In this document: in pieces, positions 24,337 to 36,332 of the stretch
How the letters are laid out: every line of letters starts with the position of its first letter
Numbering within the stretch: position 1 is the first letter of the stretch
DNA from: Octopus sinensis
Lineage: Eukaryota
Assembly (NCBI RefSeq): GCF_006345805.1
Contig: NW_021836311.1
Location: 3,471-67,470 of the forward strand
Reading direction: 5' to 3'
DNA: 64,000 bases
Notes under the pieces: model-generated
Seen by the model: only the letters and a program-made list of their open reading frames with translations
The model's database searches: none
Told to the model about the DNA's origin: nothing
Translations under genes and position numbers: made by a program

Positions 24337-24376
24337 CTATCAAACGTTTCGGACAAGAGTCATTCTTCATAAACAA
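24337..24376 (-). ncRNA. Degenerate minimal type I hammerhead motif
   Basis: Minus strand UUGUUU-AUGAAGA-A-UGAC UCUU GUCC-GAAA-CG-UU-UGAUAG: ACGU palindromic stem III; substitutions at C3 and G10.1; stem I 5 of 6 pairs including wobbles. Confidence 0.4.
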
Positions 24377-26585
24377 GTACCACTGAATCTTATAACATGG
24401 CTGCCTAAAGAAGAAAATAAATAAATAAAAAGCATTTCCAAAAGCAGCTAGAGTGGTGTCAGGCGTAGCCCTAAATAAACAGAGGTGAGTGGTGGCAGAC
24501 TTAAGCAGCAACACACGCATCTTTCTCGCGTAAATTCGTAGCATCGTAGCGAGCACGTGAGTAATCGAAACAGACAAGCTCTCCGTGGGGCTTATTCCCA
24601 TTAAATACATTAATACCACTTCGCAAAATACAGTTCTTCCTTTGAACAGTCATCCTCTCGGCGTCATTACGATAAATATATATGTATAAATGTGAGTGCG
24701 TGTGTGTATGTATATATATATATATATAATATATATATACATACATATATATATATGTGTGTGCGTATACATACATATATATATATATGCACACACATAC
24801 ATGCATACATACACACGCACTCACATTATATATATACGTCCGTCAACGTACGCATGCATGTGTAGAAAGCCAATTCGCCAACCTTTCGTAGGAATGACAT
24901 TGGTGATAAGAAGTCCGTTTATTTACTTATGTATTTGTTTTCCAGTAAATTGCTGGCAGTACTTATGAAGTTAGTTGTGTGCGTTGAGAATGTATTAACT
25001 AAGTAGATAAAGTACTATACTGGGGGTACTTATCGACCTGTTTATCTCGATGACATCTTCAAGATCCATGGAGCATATTGAGTTAATATACCGATGTTAT
25101 CAGAGGATGGACTATTAATTCGAATAGGAATCATAGCCGAAGTCTATATGTGCGTGCTTGTGTGCGCTGTGAAGTTTTATGTGTGTATGCGTATGTGTCT
25201 GATGTGCGTATCCCTGTGTGAGTGTTTGTGTGTGTGTGCGTGTGTGTGTGTGTTTGGTGTCATCTGGTTATGTGTGTTTGGATATATTTCTGTCTGTGTT
25301 TATGTGCATGCGCGTACATGCTGTTCTTTGAGTCGATATATATGTATGTATGTGTGTATGTATGTGTTTGTGTGTGCACACAGGCGCTCAGACACGTATA
25401 TTCATGCCCCACACACAGACACACACATATATATATACATATCCATTATATGTGTGTGCGTGTGTTGGTATAAGAATGCATGTGTGTGAGCAATCAAGTA
25501 ATAACGGTACACATACACACAACTACACATACACGCATACACATACACACACACACACACGAATATATGCTCAATCGACTGCAAACAAACGCAAAAGCGT
25601 ATAAAGAAATACCAGCAGAACACAGATAGAGAAAATGAGTTGGAAAGCGAACATCAATATGCTTACACATGGAACAAATACAACACATACACACACATCC
25701 GTGTGTATGTGTGTCCATACATATGCATATGTATATGAACGCACGTATACACACGCGTATGCGCGTAGATAAGAGAATACACATTTAGTTGTGTCCATGT
25801 ACGTATAATAATCAAATATCGATACCTACATACATATACAATTTCATGCGCCTAATTAAACTCATTAGCACATAGGGACACATAGATTATGTAGAGGAGA
25901 AAATATACATATTCATTATCGTTTAGTAACCTAAACATTTTCACACTTCCACGTACATACACATATATACATAAATATATGTGTGTATCTGCCTGTGTGT
26001 GTGTGTTTCTGTGTGTACGTTAATCTCTACGTGTATGGACTCTAACATAAGCGCATACACGTAGAGACAGGCGTACACACAGAAACACAGACGCAGACAG
26101 ACGTATATTCAAACACATAGACCTTACAGAGTAAGGGCCACAAAAGGACAAAGTCTACACATACACACACGAATCAATCTACACCATATTACACCACTTC
26201 CATACCACAGTACCAACACCCTCGCCACCACGAGACCACTACATGTCCTACATCCGCTAACAACGAACAACACACAGTCCAGTTGACACGAGAATCTGAA
26301 TTAGTGATGGGAGAAATAAACACTTAAAATTTAGCCATGCCAATGAATTCGAGGCTGTAAACAGTCCTAATCTATTTAGTATATGAGCTGGAATCAAAGT
26401 GAAAACGAGGCTCTTCTGTCTATTTGGAGTCTCTATTTACTTGTTATGATGGATTGCTCTTACACGAAGACGACTTTGGTAATTCCAAGAATTTCTCTAA
26501 CCACATATGCAAACGTACATACTTACAATGCATAGATTCACAGGCATACATACAAAATATACACATCATTCTATACATACATACA

Positions 26586-26618
<33 letters not shown>

Positions 26619-27003
26619 GCATACATACATACATACAAACAATCACACGTACATTCATACAAAAACTTACGTACATGCATACATAGACATATATATGTAT
26701 ATATATATATACATATATATTTTCTTACACACACACACATATATATACAGATACTGAATTATTCTGTTCAATGGCCATTATATATACATACGAAACAGCG
26801 CATGTCTGGGCAGAGACAAAAAAAAACAGTATATACCCATAAAGACAAACAGACAGACACACACGCACACAGAGTTATACAATGTTGGTATACGCGTCGT
26901 TTATATAGAAGTCATCAAAATATCACAGACATATATACAAACAAAAATGTCACCAAGCACTGATCTAATTTTATGCTCACAACGAGTTATATGTGTGTGC
27001 GTC

Positions 27004-27051
<48 letters not shown>

Positions 27052-27129
27052 GTGTGTGTGTGTGCGTGCGTGTGTGCGTGCGTGTGTGCTAGCGGTTTCG
27101 TGTATTTGCACACATTTATTATATTCATA

Positions 27130-27274
27130 TGAGGGGTACTAAAAAGTTCCTGGGCCTAAGGGCATCGCGAAAATGGCCTCTAAATGAGTGGGTGAATCTG
27201 AGAGGGGAATATGTTGAATAAATTATCATAATTAATTGATCCGCCTGCATTTTCCTTTACCCAAAGCCCCCTCA
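27130..27274 (+). mobile_element. Mariner-derived MITE / deleted element
   Basis: TA-TGAGGGGTACTAAAAAGTTCCTGG left end, CCAAAGCCCCCTCA-TA right end; internal GTGAATCTGAGAGGGGAATATGTTGAATAA encodes VNLRGEYVE*, a typical mariner C-terminus. Confidence 0.7.
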
Positions 27275-27334
27275 TAATACAATCGACAGAAAATCGTACG
27301 AATCATTTATTGTACATGGCAGTCACACATGTAG

Positions 27335-27588
27335 TATTCCGTCGGTTACGGCGGTGACGCTTTCAGCTGATCAGATCTTCGGAACAGCCTGCTCGTGAAA
27401 TTAACCAGCCAGTGACTGAACACTCCACAGACATGCGCACCCTTAACATAGGGACATTCAGCATGACACAGAATATGAGAAGGCTGGCCCTTTGAAATAC
27501 ACGTACCACTCATTTTTGCCATCGGGAATCGAACTCATGTCCAAACGATTGAAAACTTAAACCCTAATCACTAAGCCACGCGCCTTCA
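27335..27588 (-). mobile_element. SINE family C with internal deletion
   Basis: Head and tail match 22705-23014; the core segment is missing. Confidence 0.85.
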
Positions 27589-27675
27589 ACGCACATATAA
27601 ACTGTAACTTCGTATCTAACCATACATCATTACTCTCTCTCACACACATACACACACGTACGTACATACATACAT

Positions 27676-27982
27676 TGTATGTTTGTTCCTTCTCGAGCCA
27701 TGCCTGGCTCATTAGGGCCGGTTTCCCGGTGTCCTTGGCGTATAGGTTCCCCACCTCGAAGGGACGCCGGTCCGTCGCAGGTTAGCTGCAGAATGCAGGA
27801 GGAAAGAGTGAGAGAAAGATATGGCAAAAGAGTCAGCAGAAGTTCGCCACTACCTTCTGCCGGAGCCGCCTGGAGCTTAGGTGTTTCGCTCATAAACACA
27901 CACATAGCCCGGTCTGAGATTTGAACACGCGATCCCTCGACCGCGAATCCGCTGCCCTAACTACTAGGCCATGTGCCGCCAC
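27676..27982 (-). mobile_element. SINE family F (tRNA-like head, tail shared with family D), possible 12-bp TSD
   Basis: Minus head GGCGGCACATGGCCTAGTAGTTAGGGCAGCGG...GTTCAAATCTC; tail CCTGCGACGGACCGGCGTCCC...TACGCC...ACCGGGAAAC.GGCCC..ATGAGCC resembles 3801-3920; ACATACATACAT at 27664-27675 and 27983-27994 (microsatellite context). Confidence 0.8.
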
Positions 27983-28646
27983 ACATACATACATATATAT
28001 CAACAGCAATATGATTACGCAGACGCATATTTTTTCTCTGGGAATTTTGAATGAAAATTCACAAGACAAAGCTAACCCCAGACTTCAGAGAAAACACTCG
28101 TCCTTGAGAATTAAGCGATGTGTAATATCTACCTTATAACTTTCTTTACATTTCCAACTTCTGTATTATAGCATGTGTTTTCAATGTCATAATTAGAACA
28201 ACAGCAAAATGTGCTAATTTAAAAAAATATATATATAGACAGTTAGATTTATATCTAGGTTATATATTTGTCTATTTTATTCCCCCGCCCCTTGTTTGCC
28301 TGTTTTCTTTCCTCGTCGCTTCCGGTTTTTTGGGGTTTTTTTTGTACATCGGCCTCTCTCACTCTCTTTCCTTCTTCACACACGCGCGCGCGCATGAAAC
28401 TTAGCTTCGCAAAGAAGTAAGGGGCACTAATCGAAACAAAATTGACGTAAACGATGAAAAACGAGATTTCATTGTCAAGCGCCCTCTATCCGCGGAGATA
28501 GCGATGGCTGCAATCGAAAGACAACATATTAGCAGCTCAAACGCGTCGGGGATTAAACACTGCATTTTCCCCTTTCATTTTACGTTCACAACCAGCAGTA
28601 GCCAAGATTAAAACAAAGCCATATATTACTAATATTATTAGATTCA

Positions 28647-28648
28647 GC

Positions 28649-28722
<74 letters not shown>

Positions 28723-28733
28723 GCGCGCGCACG
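28647..28733. repeat. (GCAC)n(CA)n(CG)n alternating purine-pyrimidine tract
   Basis: Direct reading; uninterrupted CG run at 28708-28730. Confidence 0.9.
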
Positions 28734-28995
28734 TCCTTTGTTTTTCCCTGTTCATACTTGACCAATGCTTTATCTCTAGATTTCAATTTTCACATCTTTC
28801 TCCGGAATATCTGTTTTTCATTAGTTATGTCTGAAAATGGTCTTACACTACGTGATTAGTTATGTCTGACTCTGCTTATATGCCCTTCGGTCATTTTCGC
28901 TCTCTATTACCCGAATGTCTTTAACTTGTCCAGTGATATATTTTCCCATTATATATTTCTATGTCTGTTTGTTATTAGTTTCTCTCTTACTCTCT

Positions 28996-29041
<46 letters not shown>

Positions 29042-29719
29042 CCTAGAATAACCATTGATATCTTTATATCACTATTCTTCTTTATCTCTTAAAATAAGAA
29101 CCAAGACTCATGTTTCAGATGAGGGAACCACCTTATCGAGTCCAGTACATAACTGGTATCGATTCTATAATCTTAGTCTATAAGTCATGAATTTATATCT
29201 CGCAATAGTACCACAAAGGAACCGGCAACTGCACATGAATCGAAGGATCGATATACACGACCAAAATAACAATGGATTGTACCTCAGCAAGGTAACGGTC
29301 TCTGTCTGTGTATATCTGTCTCTGTCTGCAAGACTATCCATATTTGAGGCTCTGGAGAAGCTGTGTGGTTTTACTCAAGCACTCAACTCATAGCAGAAAC
29401 AACTGTAACCTACTGAAGTCATAAGATAATCGTTTATTCTTTTATCATTTCCTTTTCTTACGCCCCCCCCCCCACACACACACGCACACATACACACACA
29501 AATACACACACAAATACACACACACGCATGCCTACAAGGTAGTCTGCCAGTATCGCCGCAGCCACATGACTGAAAAAAATAACAAGAATAAAATATATAT
29601 ATATATATATACACACACACATACACGCACACATACAGTGAAAACCACAAACATATATGGACTGATAATGTTGTCATCCTGTTATTAGTATTTCAAAGGT
29701 TATCACTCAGAATTTGAAA

Positions 29720-29945
29720 GACAGCAGGCTGGCAGAATCGTTAGCAAGCCAGAAAAATCGGTTAGCGGCTTATTGCTCGTATTTACGTTTTGAGTTCAAA
29801 GTTCGTCGAGGTCGACTTTGGTTTTCTTTCCTTTCGGACTTGATAAAATGAGTACCAGTAAATTACTGGGGACCCCGATGTAATCGACTTTCTCTCTCCT
29901 CAAAACTTCTGGGCCTATGTTAACATTTGAATCCTTTATTATTGC
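29720..29945 (+). mobile_element. SINE family B, diverged
   Basis: GCTGGCAGAATCGTTAGC...GAGTTCAAA...GAGGTCGACTTTG...CCTTTCGG...AGTACCAG...CGATGTAATCGACTT. Confidence 0.8.
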
Positions 29946-31064
29946 AAAGGCTCCAACCGAAATTGACCACAATGTGTAGATCCCATTCTACATACATACA
30001 TACGCGTATAAGCGTCTATTCGAATGCGTGTATAAGCGTGAGTAAATATATATGTGTGCGTGTATGCAGGTGCGTGTAGATGTATGTGTGTAGTTTTTGT
30101 CTTACTAATTTGTTTTTGTTTCCGCCTTGTATATTTTCCCTTCCTCTTCTCTCTCCCACCTGACCCCTATTTAGCTTCCCTGTTGATGTCTCGTTGCGTT
30201 CCCTTTCTTGCCAACGAATTCTCGCCGGAACGAAGACAAGTTACTAATTAGCCTTGTTAAGCTTTAACTTTGCAGATGTTTAAAACTTTTCCCTCCTCCA
30301 CCATCATAGCCACTAACCACACAATCTCCCCCTGTTCTTTGCGTTTTCGTAACTTTTCTAACCCAAACCATCTTATTACTCTCTACTACTACTACAGCTA
30401 CTATCAGCACCGCCACCACCATCATCGCCACCAACCCTACTCCTTATTCTTCTTTTTCTCACACGAAGATGCTAACCCCTACCTTATGTAGAACAAGCTA
30501 TCAATCATTTGCTTTGTCCTCACTACTTGCTGGAGCATCTATGGTGCGTGCTATGGAACAAAAGCACACAGCCAGGCACACACACATACACACACATACA
30601 AACGCACTGACATGTACACACAAACACACACACACAAACACACACACACACACTGCGCTAGTAAGCCTGATTCTGTAGAATGCTCAATTCTCTATGATAC
30701 AACTATAATACAACTATAATAACGAAACCCAATTGATGAGAAGGACTTACAAACACAATGAAATATAAATTTGAACATATATATATAATAACTAGCGATA
30801 CCATAGCAGTCCGTATAGCATCCAAAATATACTAATGAAGCATATTAAAGGTTTAGAAGTCAATATCGTGTCTTTTTTTTTTTATATCAGTGCAATATTC
30901 TCATTTTTAAATGTTAAACTATAGATTCCCTATAGAATTTAGAGCAACCACTGTAAGGTACGTAGATTCGTATACGAATAAGTCTACGTAAACAATGCGA
31001 TCGAAGATTTAAAAAAAGTTAACTACTGTATACACATATTTCGGGAGTTATTGCACTTTTATCA

Positions 31065-31491
31065 GCATCAAGAGTGGCTTGCTTACAAAACCACATGGTC
31101 ATACGATCAGTCCCACTGCTTGGCACCTTGGGCAAGTGCTTTCTACTATAGCCTCGGGCCGACCAAAGCCTTGGTCGGATTTGGTAGACGGAAACTGGAA
31201 GAAGCCCGTCGTATATGTATATATATATATATATATTATATATATATATATATATGTATTTCTTTCTACTACCCACAAGGGGCTGAACACAGAGGGGACA
31301 AACAGGACAGACAAAGGGATTAAGTCCATTACATCGAGGCCAGTGCGAAACTGGTACTTTATTTATCGACCTCGAAAGGATGAAAAGCAAAGTCGACCTC
31401 GGCGGAATTTGAACTCAGAGTTCAAATATATATATATATATATTATATATATATATATATGTGTGTGTGTTTGTGTGTGTGTGTGTGTGGT

Positions 31492-31543
<52 letters not shown>

Positions 31544-31773
31544 TATGTATGTGCGTGCATGTTTCTGTGTCTGTGTTTGTCCCGCCACCAACATCGCTTG
31601 ACAACCGATGCTGGTGTGTTTATGTAATCGCAACATTAGCGGTTTGGCAAAAGAAACCGATAGAATAAGTACTAGGCTGATAAAGAATAAGCTCTGTTGT
31701 GTATTTGCTCGACTTAAGGCAGTGCTCCAGCATGGCCGCAGTCAAATGACTGAAACAGGTAAAACATAAAAGA
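31065..31773 (+). mobile_element. SINE family A carrying a 5'-truncated family B copy (31257-31427, minus strand) in its microsatellite
   Basis: A head to GAAGCCCGTCG (31211); reverse B tail and body TATTTCTTT.CTACCCACAAGGGG...GGCGGAATTTGAACTC; A tail 31560-31773. Confidence 0.85.
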
Positions 31774-32007
31774 ATATATATATATATATATATATATATT
31801 CTATATATATATATATATATATGACTTGTTCTATAATATTATTGCTATAGATTTGTACCATCCTTAACAAGATACATATTGTGAATTAATTTTGAGAGTA
31901 AAAAATAAGACACAACTGTTTGTAAGTTTGGTTTTTGACATGTTGGATATTATTAATTTCTTTGTCATATTACTTAGAAATGCCTATATTACAATCTGTC
32001 TCTCTTC

Positions 32008-32040
<33 letters not shown>

Positions 32041-32657
32041 ATATTTATATATATATATAGATATATATATATATATATATATTATAATATATATATATAT
32101 AACACAGACGCTCACCTGTACGTAAGTATCTGGCAATTTTGCATTCTTGTAAGGAAGCGTGTATACAAATACATATGTATGCTTTATATAATAAAAAAAA
32201 AAAAATGGAGCCGATGAAACAATGAAACATAACAGCGCTATAGAGAAGAAGCGAAGTCTGAAAAGAAAAAAAAAAGTGGGTGAGTACAGACGGGTTGGGG
32301 TTGATAGTTGATGAGTGTTTAGGAAATGGAAGACAGGCAGATTGACAGACCAAAGAGATATGGAACGAGAATGACCGCGATAACGTTTGTTGAAAAACAT
32401 ATGTTTATGTAGGACTACAGCAACACGCATATACACTCACACACATCCACGAACACATAGACAAACAGACAGGCAGACAGACACACACACACACACACAC
32501 ATGGTCTCACATCTACAGACACACATCACAAGTACACACACATACGTACACACACAAAGAATATTGACACAGAATCACACAAAATATGCTTACATACAAA
32601 CGCACAAGCACACACAGATGCATACACAAATGCACACACACACAGACACACACACAG

Positions 32658-32707
<50 letters not shown>

Positions 32708-32793
32708 CATGTATTTTTCTACGTATCTCTCTTTTTCTCTTTGTATCTTCTGATGATGATAAATAGATAGATAGATATAGATAGATGTCTATG

Positions 32794-33208
32794 AGGTAAG
32801 TAGCTTGCTTACCAACCACATGGTTCTGGGTTCAGTTCCACTGCGTGACACCTTGGGGTACTGTCTTCTACTATAGCCTCGGGCCGACCAGAGCCTTGTG
32901 AGTGGATTTGGTGAACGGAAACTGAAAGAAGCTCGTCGTATATATGTATATATATATGTGTATGCATATGTTTGTGTATGCATATGTTTGTGTGTCTGTG
33001 TTTGTCCCCCCACCAACATCGCTTGACAACCGATGATGGTGTGTTCACATCCCCGTTACTCAGCGGTTCGGCAAAAGAGACTGATAGAATAAGTACTAGG
33101 CTTACAAAGAATAAGTCCTGGGGTCGATTTGCTCGACTGAAGGCGTTGCTCCAGCATGGCCACAGTCAAATGACTGAAAGAAGTACAAGAGTAAAAGAGT
33201 AAAGAGTA
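32794..33208 (+). mobile_element. SINE family A, near complete
   Basis: Head, short TA/TG spacer and tail ending AAGAGTAAAAGAGTAAAGAG are contiguous. Confidence 0.9.
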
Positions 33209-33816
33209 TACACACACGCACAGAAACGCTCAAGAACCAAAAGTCTTGGTAGTAAGAATTGGGCGACAAGAAAAAAGCGAAGAAATGAACAGACGGAAAG
33301 GGAAGCAGCGAAAAGAGAACGGTAGCGACGATGGCGGCGAGGACAGGAAAACAGAGAACAGTAAAGTTAATCAAGTGAACAAAGAGTTTTTCAAAGTTAA
33401 TTAATTTAGAAAGTCACAGCACAGAATATAAGAGATATTTTTCCTCCAACGCTCTACGAACGTCTATTATATATGTTTCGTTTCTTTAGCACGATAAGAT
33501 CAGACAGAGAAGAAAATATGGCGCATTTCCACTTTACTCCTTCGTTCGTTCATCGTTCATTCATTACTCGATTGTTTTGATATTTTTAGGTGTTTTTCTT
33601 TCATTTTGTTTCTATAGTTTATTTCATATTTTGTCTTTGTTTTTAAATTTTCTTTTAATTTGTGTATTATCTTTTATTTTGTCTTTCATTAAATCTACTT
33701 CTTCCATCGTTCTTTCTTTTCTAATTCTATTTATTCCTTCCCACTTTCATTTTCTAATCTTTGTTTCTTACATTCATTTATTCCTTCCTTCCCCTTTTTT
33801 GCTTTCTCCCGTTCTT

Positions 33817-33876
<60 letters not shown>

Positions 33877-35059
33877 ACTTCCTTTTTACTCTCTATCTGT
33901 TTTCTTGCTTTCTCTCTTATCATTTTCATTCCTTGTTTGCTCTCTTTCTCTCACCGTTTATCTCTATATTTATTTATTTGTGTGTTTGATTCCTTATTTC
34001 GTTCATTCTTTCTTCTTTTTTTTTAATAAGAAGATAATGAGACAAATAAACAGGTTCGGTGAATTCATAAAAACAACGGAAACCAACGGAAAATTTGGGG
34101 CGGGGAGTCAAAACCCCGGAGAACAAAGGAAGAGTGACAGTGAGAACACGAATGAGAGATGGGAGAAGATAGGGAGAGGGAGAAAGCTGGTGTGCATGAG
34201 ATGTGAGATGCTGGAAAGATAAGACGAGGAATGATTAAGATGTTTGGGACTGTTGAGATGCAAGATATAGGAAGTGAGATGTAATGTGTGAGGTGTGCGA
34301 TGTTAGCAAATAGAAAAGGTTGTGTAACATAAAGATTGAGTTAGTAGGTACATACGTGTGCCTGTGTGTTCCTACGTATGTGTAATTTCCTCTGTGTTTA
34401 CTCTAATGTGTGTGTGTGTGTATAAACTAAAGAGAAAAAGAGTGAGAACGACCATGCATATGCGAGAGAATGAGATTGAAGATAGGAAACGTGAAATTTA
34501 AGACATGAAATGTAAGATTCGGAGGTCGGAGACGTGAGATGTAATGTCTTAAGATCTGATGGATTAGATTCATGGTTTAGACTGAGGGCTGTAAACTTTA
34601 AGATGAGAGATAAGAATGGTGAAATGTAAAATGTAAAGAGAGGGACCTGCGAGGTTTTAGATGTTAAGATACGAAGAGTGAATTGGGAGAATGTGCTGGT
34701 AGTAAATTGTCAGGTGTGAGATGTTAGATGCAATGAATAAGCTGTAAATTGTATGATCTCATATGAGATGAGAACTGAAAGAAGTATGATGTAAAATGTA
34801 AGTTATGAAATACGGTTGTGAGTAGCAGAATGTAAGATTTGGCGTGTGAAATATGAGATACATGTTGTGAGAAGTGAAATCTAAGATTCGTCGTGTGGAA
34901 TGTGAGATGTGAGATATGAAATGTGAAAATTTAATTGCTGATAATGAGAGAGTGCATACCTGAATAATACGAATACTCATTATCGCTGGAGGGAACGGGT
35001 AGGGGGATGATGACGAAGAAGTAAACCGATGATAATAAAGACGAGGGGTTTATTATGAT

Positions 35060-35398
35060 TATGTTCGTGCCTATGATGATGCTGGTGATGAAGCTGATGA
35101 TATGGTAATGATGAAGATGATGATGATGGTGTCGACGATGACGGCGACAAAAATTAGTACGATAGTGATAATGATGACGACGACGATGATGACGATAAAA
35201 ATGTCGCCAACAAACACGCCAAAGATGATGATGACTATCATGTTGATAATGATGATGATGATGATGATGATGATGATGGTGACAACGCTGATGACGACAA
35301 GAATGAAGACGTCAACGACGACGACGACGATGATGATGATGGCGATGACGATGATGATGACGATAACGACGATGATGATGATGATGATGATGATGGCG
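35060..35398. repeat. Degenerate (GAT/GAC)n array
   Basis: Direct reading; source of the poly-M/T ORF 35102-35422. Confidence 0.9.
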
Positions 35399-35651
35399 GA
35401 TTTGAAACTTAAGATAAAATGAACTTAAAACGTAGATAATGAAGAAACAGGGAGTGAAAATTGAAAAACTAAATAAAATAAAATAAATTAATCAAACAAA
35501 CACCACTGATTGTAATCAACGTGCTGCAACGGAATAAGATTAAGTGTGAACATTAGAAAACATACAAGGGCAACAGAGTGTGTGTGGAGCTTAGATGCAC
35601 CGGTGTGAATGCAGCATTAGATTTAGGGTTATGCATGTGTGTGAGCGTGTG

Positions 35652-36069
35652 TTTGAGTGTATGTATGTGTGTGGGCATGCCACATGTCAGTGTATAATTG
35701 TAATTGTGCGTAGGCACTTGCGTGTGTGTATGTGCGTGCATGCATGAGGGCATAGACGTAATGTATAACGGTATATGTGTGTGTGTGAGCGCGTGTACGT
35801 CTGTGTGTATGCGGTGTATTTATTTATGAGTGGATGTGTAAAGGGACTAGTGTGTGTGTGTGTACTTGAGTGTATGTATATGTGTTGGCATGCTACATGT
35901 CAATGTATAATTGTAATTGTGTGTGTGTGTATGTGCGTGTATATATGAGGGTATACACATAATGTATAACGGTATATGTGTGTGTGAGCGCGTGCATGTC
36001 TATGTGTATGCGGTTTATTTATTTATTAGTGGATGTGTAAAGGGACTATTGTGTGTGTGCGTATGTATG

Positions 36070-36100
<31 letters not shown>

Positions 36101-36270
36101 ACTTGAGTGTATGTATATGTGTGGGCATGCTACATGTGCGTGTATGTGCGTGTATGCATGAGGGCATACACGTAATGTATAACGGTATATATGTGTGTGT
36201 GAGTGCGTGTACGTCTATGTGTATACGGTGTATTTATGAGTATATGTGTAAAGGGACTAGTGTGTATGAG
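35652..36270. repeat. Three tandem copies of a roughly 200-215 bp TG-rich unit
   Basis: Anchors AATGTATAACGGTATA at 35760, 35961 and 36174; GTAAAGGGACTA recurs at about 35838, 36037 and 36248. Confidence 0.85.
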
Positions 36271-36301
36271 TATGTACGTATGTACGTATGTGTGTGTGTG
36301 A

Positions 36302-36332
<31 letters not shown>

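Noticed and set aside
24395-24492. AACATGGCTGCC (YY1-like) followed by a GTGAGT donor as a first exon
   Set aside because: Two short motifs are expected by chance in 64 kb; no supporting promoter context or downstream exon.
33260-33400. Short K/R/D-rich ORF after SINE A
   Set aside because: About 39 codons of purine-rich low-complexity sequence with no homology cue or splice evidence.
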